64,000 nt of DNA from an uncultured Ruminococcus sp. GTDB taxonomy: Bacteria > Bacillota > Clostridia > Oscillospirales > CAG-272. Within the stretch, counting starts at the first letter, position 1; each line of letters starts with the position of its first letter. Under the pieces are notes generated by a model, which was given only the letters and a program-made list of their open reading frames with translations, had not been told where the DNA came from and did not search any database. This document shows, in pieces, positions 49,550 to 60,000 of the stretch. The position numbers were made by a program, and so were the translations under genes. The stretch lies in the NCBI GenBank assembly GCA_964494135.1, contig CAZBQN010000006.1, positions 2,806-66,805 on the forward strand, read 5' to 3'.

Positions 49550-52500
49550 ATGAAGAACACACTGTTTCGGAAAGTCGTTTGTTTTGTGCTTTCCGTGACT
49601 ATGCTGGTCGGTATGTTCGGCGTAAGTGCATCTGCTGCATCCCTCAAAACGGAGCCTGAGGAAAACCCTTACAGCGCTTCCACGCTTGAGGAAATGACGG
49701 CGCTGGTAGGCACACCTACGTACGAGGAATACCTTGCCGGCTGCAAGGAAATCGAAACCGGAAACGTTCCGCTTGACAGCATTAACATTGACGTGCTGTC
49801 TTTCCACGGGGACGCGGTCAAGGTTTCAGACAGTGATCTTTGTAGGGGCGCTATGGGCTCTGATGAGGAGAACTGGATTAACTTCGGCGACAATGCCGAC
49901 AGCAGCGTATATCTCTCTGCACTTGAGGATAAATCGCTCGGAGCTCCTACGTGGTATTTCAACGTCAGTGAAAACCAAGTCGGATACTATTTCATAAAAA
50001 TAGAGTATTTCAGCTGCATCACGGCTGAGAGCAGCATTTCTTCAATTGAGAAAGGCTTCAAGCTTGACGGCAGTCTCGTTTTCAAGGAAATAGCAACCGT
50101 TGACATGGACAAGAATTGGACTTATTGGTCGGAGGACAGCTTCCGCACGGAGACCGCCCCGGCAACGTCCGAGGATGAGGAAGGCGTTCATATCAGCTAT
50201 CACGATGAAGTCATTGACGGCAAAACCTACTACATAAAAGAGGTCGTAACCGTCAAGGACGGAACTAAGACCGTCGAGAAATATATGCTTTCTCAGGATA
50301 TCAACGGAAATACGATGGCGCCCAACTCCCACGCCGTACCCGCGTGGAGCACCAAATATCTTCAGGATTCGTCCGGATACTACAACGGATACTTTAAGTT
50401 CTATCTTTCCGAGGGCGATCATTCCATCTCACTTGCTGCTGAGCGTGAGCCTGTGATTGTCAAATCCATAGAGCTTGTTCCGGCAGAGGAGGATAATGCG
50501 CTTCCTTCTTACGAGAGCGTACTTGAAGAGTGGAAGTCTCTCGGATACAAGCCCGCTGCCAACGGACAGATCGTTGAGATTCAGGCTGAGTTCCCCGACA
50601 TGGTTTCCGACTCGTCGGTTGCTCCCACCAACGACAACTCCTCTCCCAACAACTCGCCTATTTCTCCCGCTGCGCAGGTGTATAACATCATTGGCGAGAA
50701 CGGATACAGCGCGGTAGGTCAGTGGGCAGCGTACAAATTCACCGTCAGCGAGTCCGGCATGTACAATCTCGGTATGAGATTCAAACAGAATACCCTTCAG
50801 GGTATGTTCGTCTGCCGTGCCATAAAGCTTTCGGGCGGTCAGTATGGTCTTGCGGACGGCACGCCGTCGGCACCCTTTGCTGAGGCATACAATGTCGAAT
50901 TCGGCTACAGCGATTCATGGCAGTCCACGTTTTTGGGATTGCGCGATCAGAATCCTTTCCTCTTCTACTTTGAGGAAGGCGTGGAATATACTCTCTACCT
51001 TGAATGCTCGCTCGGTACTTTGAAGGAGTATATTCAGCGCGTTGAGGCGAGCCTTGATGTCATCAACTCTTGCTACCTTAAAATACTTAAGCTGACGGGC
51101 AGCGACCCTGATGAGAATTATGATTACAAGTTCATTTCCACCATGCCCGACGTCGTTATTTCTCTGCTCGAGCAGGCACAGGAGCTTATGGACGTCAAGA
51201 ACGGCTTGCAGGCTCTGTGCGGAACGAACGGTTCGCATATTGCAACGCTTGAAACCGTAGCTACCCTTCTTCTTACCATGGGTAAGGATAAGGGCGATAA
51301 GATAGCGGAGAATATGTCTACTCTCAAATCCTACCTTGGTACTCTCGGTACTTGGATAAACAATTCCAAGACCAGCAAGATAAGCGTTGACTCAATATGG
51401 GTAGTTCCCGCAACAGGCGACAGCATTGACAATGCTCAGCCCGATTACTCAAAATTGCCCGAAGCAAACGCCAACTTCTTCCAGGCCATGTGGTTCGAGA
51501 TTCAGTCATTCTTCTTCTCGTTCTTCGTTGAATATGACCAGATGGGTCTTACGGTCGTACCGGATGCGGATACTCCTCAGATAGACGTCTGGCTTGCAAC
51601 AGGCCGTGACCAGTCTCAGATCTGGCGTACTATGATCGACGCTCACGGCGGATTTACCGAGAGCACCGGTACCGCTGTCGTTCTTAAGCTGGTTACCGGC
51701 GGAACGCTTCTGCCCTCTATACTTTCCGGTAAGGGTCCCGACGTTTATATGGGCCTTGGCTCTGCCGACGTCATAAACTACGCGATACGTGATGCCGTTG
51801 TCGGTATCAGCGGAAACGCGCCCTTAAAGGACGGATGGACTGAGGAGGATAATGCAGTCTTCGCCAACACGTATTATACTTATGTAGACGACGGTAAATA
51901 CGTTAACACCACCGAGAAGAGAGAGGGGCAGGAGGCAACCTTCGTCTCTTATACGGTAGAACAGCTCGTTGCCGACGGCAACTTCGCAGATGCGGCAATG
52001 GATACCGTAACGCTGCTTGATGTTTCTTACGGTATTCCTCAGACGATGGGCTTCTCAATGATGTTCTACCGCATGGACGTTCTTGCCGAGCTGGGACAGG
52101 AGGTTCCGGAATCATGGGATCACCTGTTGTCCATTCTTCCCGTTCTCCAGTCAAATAATATGTCTATCGGTGTCTCCTACCTTTCCGCTCTTGACTTCAT
52201 GATTTATCAGAAGGGCGGCAGTATGTGGAAATATACCGATTCCTCGATATACGACAGCAGATACGCTGGCGCAGAGATTGACCTTGATTCTCCGATAGCT
52301 CTTGAGGCGTTTGAGTTTACATGCCGACTTTACACCGACTACTCGTTCCCCGTATCCTACGATGCGGCAAACCGTTTCAGAACCGGTGAGATGCCTATTA
52401 TAATCGGTGATTATGCCGGCATTTACAACCAGCTTACGGTATATGCAACAGAGCTTGACGGTCTGTGGGAGTTCTGCTCCTTGCCCGGCTCCTTCAGAAC

Positions 52501-52999
52501 CGAGGCTGACGGCACTCAGACCTTCAATTACGATTCGCTTGCAGGTATTTCCGCTACCGTAATACTTCACGGATGCGACAATCTTCTTGCGGCATGGCAG
52601 TTCACACAGTGGCAGACCGGTGCCGATGCTCAGTCTGAGTACGGTAACAGAATGGTTGCCCTTATCGGCCCTTCCGCTAAATACGAGACTGCGAACCTCA
52701 AGGCTATTGAGAACCTGTCCTGGACTGCGAAGGAGAAGGCTGCCATTATGAACCAGATGGACCACCTTTCTTCCATAGTAAACTATCCCGGTTCTTACAT
52801 TTATTCAAGATATATGCAGTTCGCATTTTACGATGTTGTAAACGAATCTGCACGTCCCAACGACGCTATGATGAGCTACATAGATGCCATCAACAGTGAA
52901 ATTACGCGTAAGCGCGCGGAATTCAAGGATTTCGATCTTTGGTACATAGGCAAACCCGACGATGTGGAAGAGCCTGTTCCGAAGTCGAACGCAAAGTAA
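49550..52999 (+). CDS. Giant secreted ABC solute-binding protein: about 645-aa N-terminal extension with two CBM-like modules plus a C-terminal family-1-like sugar SBP domain
   Basis: Signal peptide MKNTLFRKVVCFVLSVTMLVGMFGVSASA with no lipobox. From about aa 677 the sequence shows SBP-like blocks (IDVWLATG, GKGPDVYMG, FYRMDVLAELGQEVPESWDHLL, RFRTGEMPIIIGDY). GGAGGA SD. Confidence 0.75.
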   Translation: MKNTLFRKVVCFVLSVTMLVGMFGVSASAASLKTEPEENPYSASTLEEMTALVGTPTYEEYLAGCKEIETGNVPLDSINIDVLSFHGDAVKVSDSDLCRGAMGSDEENWINFGDNADSSVYLSALEDKSLGAPTWYFNVSENQVGYYFIKIEYFSCITAESSISSIEKGFKLDGSLVFKEIATVDMDKNWTYWSEDSFRTETAPATSEDEEGVHISYHDEVIDGKTYYIKEVVTVKDGTKTVEKYMLSQDINGNTMAPNSHAVPAWSTKYLQDSSGYYNGYFKFYLSEGDHSISLAAEREPVIVKSIELVPAEEDNALPSYESVLEEWKSLGYKPAANGQIVEIQAEFPDMVSDSSVAPTNDNSSPNNSPISPAAQVYNIIGENGYSAVGQWAAYKFTVSESGMYNLGMRFKQNTLQGMFVCRAIKLSGGQYGLADGTPSAPFAEAYNVEFGYSDSWQSTFLGLRDQNPFLFYFEEGVEYTLYLECSLGTLKEYIQRVEASLDVINSCYLKILKLTGSDPDENYDYKFISTMPDVVISLLEQAQELMDVKNGLQALCGTNGSHIATLETVATLLLTMGKDKGDKIAENMSTLKSYLGTLGTWINNSKTSKISVDSIWVVPATGDSIDNAQPDYSKLPEANANFFQAMWFEIQSFFFSFFVEYDQMGLTVVPDADTPQIDVWLATGRDQSQIWRTMIDAHGGFTESTGTAVVLKLVTGGTLLPSILSGKGPDVYMGLGSADVINYAIRDAVVGISGNAPLKDGWTEEDNAVFANTYYTYVDDGKYVNTTEKREGQEATFVSYTVEQLVADGNFADAAMDTVTLLDVSYGIPQTMGFSMMFYRMDVLAELGQEVPESWDHLLSILPVLQSNNMSIGVSYLSALDFMIYQKGGSMWKYTDSSIYDSRYAGAEIDLDSPIALEAFEFTCRLYTDYSFPVSYDAANRFRTGEMPIIIGDYAGIYNQLTVYATELDGLWEFCSLPGSFRTEADGTQTFNYDSLAGISATVILHGCDNLLAAWQFTQWQTGADAQSEYGNRMVALIGPSAKYETANLKAIENLSWTAKEKAAIMNQMDHLSSIVNYPGSYIYSRYMQFAFYDVVNESARPNDAMMSYIDAINSEITRKRAEFKDFDLWYIGKPDDVEEPVPKSNAK

Positions 53000-53023
53000 G
53001 ACTTTCGAGTAAAGGAGATAAAA

Positions 53024-53974
53024 ATGTCACAGACAAACTCAGAGACATCACGTCCGGTCAAGCGCTCGGAAGTGTCAAAGCTGCGTTGGACCTGGCAGGA
53101 GATGCTGAACAATAAGACGGCGTACTTTATGCTGTTCCCGTTCCTTATTTTGTTCATCATATTCACTGTCCTTCCCGTTTTGCTTTCCATGTTCCTCAGT
53201 CTTACCGACTTTAATATGCTTCAGATGCCTACGTGGCGCGGTATTGATAACTTTATGCGTCTGTTCCTTGAAGACGAGATATTTATGCTCGCCTGCCAGA
53301 ACACTCTGGTATTCGCCGCAGTCACAGGTCCCGTATCCTACATACTCGCTCTTCTTGTCGCGTGGTTCATTAACGAGCTTCCTCCCAAGATCCGCGCGGT
53401 TGTAACGCTCGTATTCTACGCACCTTCTATTTCCGGTCAGGCTTACCTTATCTGGAAGACGCTGTTCTCCTCAGACTCTTACGGCTGGGTTAACGCGACG
53501 TTGATAAAATACGGTTTTATATCCGAGCCGATACTGTGGTTCCAGGATGCTGACTACGTTATGGGTCTTTGTATCGTAGTCGCACTGTGGACCTCTCTCG
53601 GTACGGCGTTCCTGTCATTCATCGCAGGCTTCCAGACGATAGACCGTTCTATGTACGAGGCTGCGGCGGTTGACGGAATCAAGAACCGTTGGCAGGAGCT
53701 GTGGTATATCACCCTTCCCACCATGCGCCCTCAGCTGATGTTCGGTGCCGTGCTTTCAATCACTAACTCATTCGGCTTCGGTGCGGTCGTTGACGCGCTG
53801 TGCGGATTCCCGTCTGTCGATTACGCGGCGCATACGATAATGCACCACCTGAACGACTACGGCGGTCAGCGATACGAGGTCGGTTACGCTTCAGCTATTG
53901 CAGTAGTGCTCTTCGTCATAATGTTCTCCTGTAACATTCTGATTAAGAAAGCTCTGTCGAAGGTAGGTGAGTAA
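53024..53974 (+). CDS. CUT1-type sugar ABC permease (MalF-like)
   Basis: Six TM helices and an EAA loop YEAAAVDGIKNRWQELWYITLP. Confidence 0.88.
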   Translation: MSQTNSETSRPVKRSEVSKLRWTWQEMLNNKTAYFMLFPFLILFIIFTVLPVLLSMFLSLTDFNMLQMPTWRGIDNFMRLFLEDEIFMLACQNTLVFAAVTGPVSYILALLVAWFINELPPKIRAVVTLVFYAPSISGQAYLIWKTLFSSDSYGWVNATLIKYGFISEPILWFQDADYVMGLCIVVALWTSLGTAFLSFIAGFQTIDRSMYEAAAVDGIKNRWQELWYITLPTMRPQLMFGAVLSITNSFGFGAVVDALCGFPSVDYAAHTIMHHLNDYGGQRYEVGYASAIAVVLFVIMFSCNILIKKALSKVGE

Positions 53975-53976
53975 GC

Positions 53977-54852
53977 ATGTCGAAGAAATTAAGAACAAGA
54001 GGACATAAGGTCGTCCTGAACCGTTCCGCAGGCGGTGATACCGGTATCACCATCATGCTTACGATCCTCGGACTGTTTATGTTCCTTCCCATGTACTACG
54101 TTATTATTCAGTCGCTGAAGCCGCTGGATGAGCTGTTCATGTTCCCCCCTCGATTTTACGTAATGCAGCCTACTCTCCAAAACTTCGGAGATCTGTTTAC
54201 GTTGATGGGCGATTCTTGGGTTCCTTTCTCAAGATACATTTTCAACACGGTGTTCATCACCATTTGCGGTACTCTCGGTAACCTTATATTCGCGTCCATG
54301 GCGGCGTACGCGCTTGCCAAGCTGAGATTCCCCGGCAGAAATGCGATATTCCAGATTATCGTCATGTCGCTGATGTTCCACTCTACGGTTAACCAGGTAA
54401 CGCACTTCATCATTTTGTCTGCGTTCGGTTGGATTGATACATATCTTGCTATCATCGTTCCCTCAATGGCTACCACTATGGGTCTTTACCTTATGAAGCA
54501 GTTCATGGAGACTTCGGTACCCGATACCGTCCTTGAGTCTGCAAGACTTGACGGTGCAAGCGAATTCAGGACATACCTGACGATAGCGATGCCCATGGTT
54601 AAGCCTGCATGGCTGACGCTGATGATTGAGTGCTTCAAGTCGCTGTGGAACACCGGTTCCTCAATATATATTCACTCCGAGGAGCTCAAAACCTTCAACT
54701 ACGCAATTCAACAGATTCTTTCAGGCGGTATTGCCCGTTCGGGTGCCGGCGCTGCGTCGACGGTCGTTATGATGATGGTTCCCATTATCGTATTCGTACT
54801 TAACCAGAGCCAGATCATCGAGACGATGGGCTCCTCCGGTATGAAGGATTAA
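53977..54852 (+). CDS. CUT1-type sugar ABC permease (MalG-like)
   Basis: EAA loop ESARLDGASEFRTYLTIAMP. Starts 2 nt after the upstream stop. Confidence 0.88.
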   Translation: MSKKLRTRGHKVVLNRSAGGDTGITIMLTILGLFMFLPMYYVIIQSLKPLDELFMFPPRFYVMQPTLQNFGDLFTLMGDSWVPFSRYIFNTVFITICGTLGNLIFASMAAYALAKLRFPGRNAIFQIIVMSLMFHSTVNQVTHFIILSAFGWIDTYLAIIVPSMATTMGLYLMKQFMETSVPDTVLESARLDGASEFRTYLTIAMPMVKPAWLTLMIECFKSLWNTGSSIYIHSEELKTFNYAIQQILSGGIARSGAGAASTVVMMMVPIIVFVLNQSQIIETMGSSGMKD

Positions 54853-54862
54853 GGAGGTAAGA

Positions 54863-57070
54863 ATGAAAAGCAAAATATTCAAAATCCTGTTGCTTTCTCT
54901 CGTGCTGGTAATGATATTCGGTACGGTTTCTGCCTCCGCATTCGTTCCATACGATACCTACACTTATTCAATAGACGGTGACGCCCTTATGTCGCCTCCG
55001 GCATATATGGTTACAGACCCCATAAACTACAAGGAAATGGGTTTAACCGTGAACCCCGGAGATAAGGCAATCAATTTTGCCGACATAATCACCGACTATC
55101 AAGGTAACGTCTATCTCTCGGATAAAGGTAACAACAGAATTTACATTCTTAATAAGTACTACAAGCTTATCAAGACGATTGACGGCTATTATGACGAGGG
55201 TAACGTGTATCAGACCTTCGCTTCAACCGAGGGTATGTATATCAGCAACCCCGAGAAAAACGCCGTCGGTGTTGAAAACTACTTGTACGTGTGCGACAAA
55301 ACCAACAAGAACATAGTTGTTTTCGATCCCGATAATGATTACGAATGTGTTAATATTATCAAGTGTCCCGTAGAGGAGGGAAGTTCCGACGGTCTTCTCA
55401 CCTACGACGAATTTGCCCCCATGGCAGTTGCGGTAGATATTTACGGAAGAGTATTCGTGGTATCCGAGAACTGTAACAAGGGTATCATCGTGCTTGCAAG
55501 CAACGGTGAATTCACCGGATTTATCGGCGCACAAAAGGTTGCTGTTAATTTCTTCGAGGAACTCTGGAAGAACTTCCAGACGGATGAGCAGAAGAAGTCC
55601 AACGTTCAGGCGACGACGTATCCTTTCAATAACATCACGATAGACTACGACGGCTTCGTATACGCCACCACGGACAAGGTTCCCGAGGCTCAGCAGATGT
55701 CTTCAATTAAGTCGAAAAGCTCCAAATATTCTCCTGTAAAGAAGCTTAACTCTACGGGAGTTGAGATTATGAAGCGTAACGGCTTCTTTGATCCCGGCGG
55801 AGAGGTAGATATCTTCAAGTCTGACGAGGTATCTAAGATTACGGACATCGCACTCGGGCGTGACGGAACGTGGACTATTCTCGACGTAAACAGATCGCGC
55901 CTTTATACCTACGACAGCAGCGGAAATCTGTTGTTCGCTTTCGGTGATACCAACACCACCGTTCACTCGGCTCTGGGTTGCGGTACCGTGTTCTCAGGAA
56001 TAGCGTATCAGGTTGTCGACGGAGTTTACTACCTGCTGGTGCTTAACAACAATACGTCCAAGAACGGCTACGAGCTGAACGTATATATCCCCACATCGTA
56101 CTGTGACGACCTTATGACCGCTCTCGGCAACGAGAATGCTCATAACTACGAGCAGGCGATACTTGACTGGCAGAAGGTCCTGACGCAGAACAACAACTTC
56201 GACCTTGCATATATCGGTATCGGTAAAGCTCTCTTTAATCAGGGTAAATACGCGGAAGCTTATGAAGTGCTCCAGAACGCGTATGAGACCGAGTATGCAT
56301 CAAAGGCTTACGGTGAGATAAGAAAAGACATCATCAACAACTGGATCTTCCTTATTCTCGCTGTGGTTATCGTACTCGTTGTGCTTCTTTTCAAGTTCCT
56401 CGGCTATGCCAAGAAGAAAAATAAGGCAACCTCCCTTAAGGTCGGAAGGAAGACGTACGTGGAAGAGCTTTTGTACGTATTCCACCTTATATTCCATCCC
56501 TTCGACGGCTTCTGGGATTTGAAGCACGAGAAGCGCGGTTCCGTAAGAGCGGCTACTACGATACTCGTCATTACGATGCTCGCCTTCCTGTATCAGTCTG
56601 TCGGTCAGGGTTATCTCTTTAACCCCAGAGGCGACTATTCGATGGCGTTTATGTCGATGCTTGCGGTACTCCTTCCCGTAATGCTCTTCGCGATTGCAAA
56701 CTGGTGCTTGACCACCCTGTTTGACGGTGAGGGAAGCTTCAAGGATATCTACATCGCGCTTTGCTATTCGCTGGCACCCTTGCCGCCTTTCGTAATCGTA
56801 GCAACCATTCTCTCCAACGTATTTACGACTTCCGAGGCGTCAATGGTAAGCATGATTACCACGATCGCATTTATCTGGACGGCAATTCTTATCTTCTTCG
56901 GAATGGTTGTAACTCACGACTACTCCATCGGTAAGAATATACTCACCATTCTGGGAACCGTTCTTGCAATTATAATTATAATATTTATCGCTGTTCTGTT
57001 CTCGACACTCGTTATGAAGATGGTAACCTTTGTTCTTTCCATCTTTACAGAGTTGGCGAACCGAGCATAA
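54863..57070 (+). CDS. Signal peptide, NHL-type beta-propeller, TPR and C-terminal Yip1-like five-TM domain fused in one protein
   Basis: NHL-like blades (GNVYLSDKGNNRIYILN, YLYVCDKTNKNIVVFD, GRVFVVSENCNKGIIVL, GTWTILDVNRSRLYTYD), a TPR-like segment (YEQAILDWQKVL...GKALFNQGKYAEAYEVL), then a TM helix and a Yip1-like block (HPFDGFWDLK...) with 5 TM helices. Confidence 0.7.
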   Translation: MKSKIFKILLLSLVLVMIFGTVSASAFVPYDTYTYSIDGDALMSPPAYMVTDPINYKEMGLTVNPGDKAINFADIITDYQGNVYLSDKGNNRIYILNKYYKLIKTIDGYYDEGNVYQTFASTEGMYISNPEKNAVGVENYLYVCDKTNKNIVVFDPDNDYECVNIIKCPVEEGSSDGLLTYDEFAPMAVAVDIYGRVFVVSENCNKGIIVLASNGEFTGFIGAQKVAVNFFEELWKNFQTDEQKKSNVQATTYPFNNITIDYDGFVYATTDKVPEAQQMSSIKSKSSKYSPVKKLNSTGVEIMKRNGFFDPGGEVDIFKSDEVSKITDIALGRDGTWTILDVNRSRLYTYDSSGNLLFAFGDTNTTVHSALGCGTVFSGIAYQVVDGVYYLLVLNNNTSKNGYELNVYIPTSYCDDLMTALGNENAHNYEQAILDWQKVLTQNNNFDLAYIGIGKALFNQGKYAEAYEVLQNAYETEYASKAYGEIRKDIINNWIFLILAVVIVLVVLLFKFLGYAKKKNKATSLKVGRKTYVEELLYVFHLIFHPFDGFWDLKHEKRGSVRAATTILVITMLAFLYQSVGQGYLFNPRGDYSMAFMSMLAVLLPVMLFAIANWCLTTLFDGEGSFKDIYIALCYSLAPLPPFVIVATILSNVFTTSEASMVSMITTIAFIWTAILIFFGMVVTHDYSIGKNILTILGTVLAIIIIIFIAVLFSTLVMKMVTFVLSIFTELANRA

Positions 57071-57085
57071 AAGGAGGAGATAAAA

Positions 57086-60000
57086 ATGAAGAAAAACAGA
57101 ATAATATCATCTCTCCTTGCGGTTTTGATGCTTCTTACGATGGTTCTTACACTGATCCCCGTCAATGCGTTTGCGGCTCATTCTCCGTCATCTGTGACGT
57201 CGGATGCAAAGACTGCGGAAGAAATTGCCGCTATTGTAAACGGTATGAGCTCGTACAAGTACTCCTCGGCAGATAAGGCTCTTGCCGCCGAACTGAGCGC
57301 AGGTTATCTTGATTACGTTTCTTCCGCGGCAGGAGAGTACACTCTTTACGTTAACAGATATACGGGCGTTCTGTACTACAAGAACAACAAAACCGGTGAG
57401 ATTCTCACCAGTAACCCCTATGATTTATCCGGTGTAAACGGTGTGGAAAATATGAACCGCCTCACCAGCCAGATATATATCGAATACACCGAGATCACCA
57501 GCGGTAAAACATCTGCCTTGTTCAGCTCAAAGGATGCTGCCGCAAGAGCGCAGATAAAGCTGTCCCGCATAGACGGCGGTATTCGCGTAAGCTATACGCT
57601 GGGTGATACCTCAAGAAGAGTTCTTCTTCCCGCAATAATGACGGCAGAGGTTTTCGAGGAGAAAATCTTCCGTCCTACCATCGAATACTACGAGAGCTTG
57701 GTTTATGAACACTTCTCCGAAGAATTCTGGGAGACCATGCCGTGGTACAAAAAGTTCGTTTCCTTCTATTCAACCGATAACATATACGACTTGGATCACA
57801 GAGAGAATCATCCTACCTTTGTACGCGAAGGAGTTTTGAACGAGTCTGCCATTTCAAGCTATTTCAGCAATAACGCAAAGATATTTGAAAGCTTGAACGG
57901 TGATCCGAGTATTTCGGCTGAGAATAAGGATTACTGTGTTGAACTGATGAATCTGGCAAATGATATCAAAGCGAATTTGTTTGCTATGTACTATTGCTAT
58001 GATCCGGAAAATCCCCCGGAGAACACGGATGTTAAGGATATGTACAACAGCATCCCCGAAACCGAGAGCGGTCAGGCATTCTATGTATTCGGCAACGTTG
58101 GTATCAAGCCCTCCGAGACAGACTTCAAGAAGGCGTCCAATATGCTTTCCGAGTGCTGCCCCGAATATACCTTTGAGGATATGTACGAGGACGAAGCGGC
58201 GTCCAGCAAGCCTCCTTACACCCTTGAAGAGACCAATCCCGTATTCAGATGCTCTCTTGAATACACGTTTAACTCAGACGGTTCTCTGTCTGTAAGGCTT
58301 CCTGCAAATTCCATTACCTTTGACGAGACTGTTTACAATCTTGACTCCATATCTCCCTTGCAGTTCTTCGGAAGCGGTTATCTTAACGATTACGGCTACG
58401 CTTTTGTTCCCGACGGCTCGGGCTCGATAATAGAGTTTGAAGAATTCTACACCCCCGGTGTAAACCGTGAGCAGATAACCGTAAGACTTTATCTGACTAC
58501 CTACGGTCTTGATTATTGCTACTCTTACCTTGACAGTATGGCTACCAGACCCTACGAGCAGGTTACAATGCCGGTCTTCGGACTTGTTTCAACACAAAAG
58601 GCACCTACGGCTATATCCAACGTAACGGGCAAGGATACCATGCAGACCGGATTCTTTGCAGTGCTTGAAGAAGGTTCCGCTCTTGCCAAGATCTACGCCG
58701 ACTTCGGCGGCAGTATGTACAACATCGGCGGCGCATACGCAAGCTTCAATCCTTACCCCTCCGATACGTTTACTTACGACGACGGAAACGAGTTTGACAT
58801 CGTATCCAAATCCAAGTATACCGGATCCTACGTTACGAGATACGTAATGCTTTCCGACCCTGATTATACCGCTACGGTTCAGGATGGTTACGAGGCAACC
58901 TACGTTGGTATGGCAAGCTACTACCGCGAGTATCTTAAGGAAACCGGCGTTCTTGAGCCGCTCAGGAATTTGAACGAGCAGCTGCCTCTCTATATTGAAG
59001 CTTTGGGTTCAATGGAAAAGGTTGAGCAGATTGCTACGTTCCCCGTAACGTTTGATGTTCCTCTTACAACCTTTGATGACGTAATTACAATGTACAAGGA
59101 CTTGGCGCAGGTCAAGCAAGTGCTGACTGAAAAGGCTAAGGAATACGAAGATAAGAGCCTTATGCCAGGTGATGCAAACGACGTTGAGGCACAGAAGTAT
59201 TATGCTCTTGCCGAAAAGGTCATCAATATGAATAACGTCAACTTCAAGCTGACCGGTTTTGCAAATAACGGTATGTATTACACTTATCCCGTTAAGCTTG
59301 ATTGGGAATCAGCATGCGGAGGCAGAGACGGCTTCATCAATCTTATAAGCACGGCGAAGCAGATTAGCGAGGGCGAGGGCAACTTTGGCGTATTCCCCGA
59401 GTTCGATTTCATGTATATCAATAACACCGCTTTGTTTGATGGTATCGACAATAAAGATAACGTTTCTAAGATGGTTGATGACAGATACGGCTCCAAGAAG
59501 GTATATAACCCCGTCAGCTCGGAGTTTGAGACCTTTTACGCCATGATAATCAGCCCCGATGTGCTTGATAAGCATTACAGCACCTTCTTTAACAAGTATT
59601 CCGAATACAACATCGGTTCTATTTCGGTTTCCACGCTTGGCTCAGACCTCAACTCCAACTTTGACAGAGATAACTCAATCAACAGAGATGAGGCTCGCGT
59701 TTACGTTGAAAATCTTCTTGACAGAATTGCGGGCGATTACGACGTAATGATTTCTACCGGAAACATTTACGCTCTTGCATACGCAGACCACGTCCTTGAC
59801 ATCTGCATTGACAGCACCCACTTCAACGTATCCTCTTATCCTATTCCTTTCACTGGTCTCGTTCTTCATAGCTACGTTAACTATACCGGCTCGGCAATGA
59901 ACTATTCGGGCTCTCCCGACTACGACCTGCTTCTTTCCATCGAGAACGGAGCGTCGCTGTATTACATTCTTTGCTACCAGAACGAAGAGCTTATGAAAGA

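Noticed and set aside
49550-49640. Lipoprotein signal in the giant SBP (Cys at residue 11)
   Set aside because: The Cys sits at the start of the hydrophobic core, after K-V-V, and not in an L-(A/S)-(G/A)-C lipobox. The ASA/AS site further on fits signal peptidase I.
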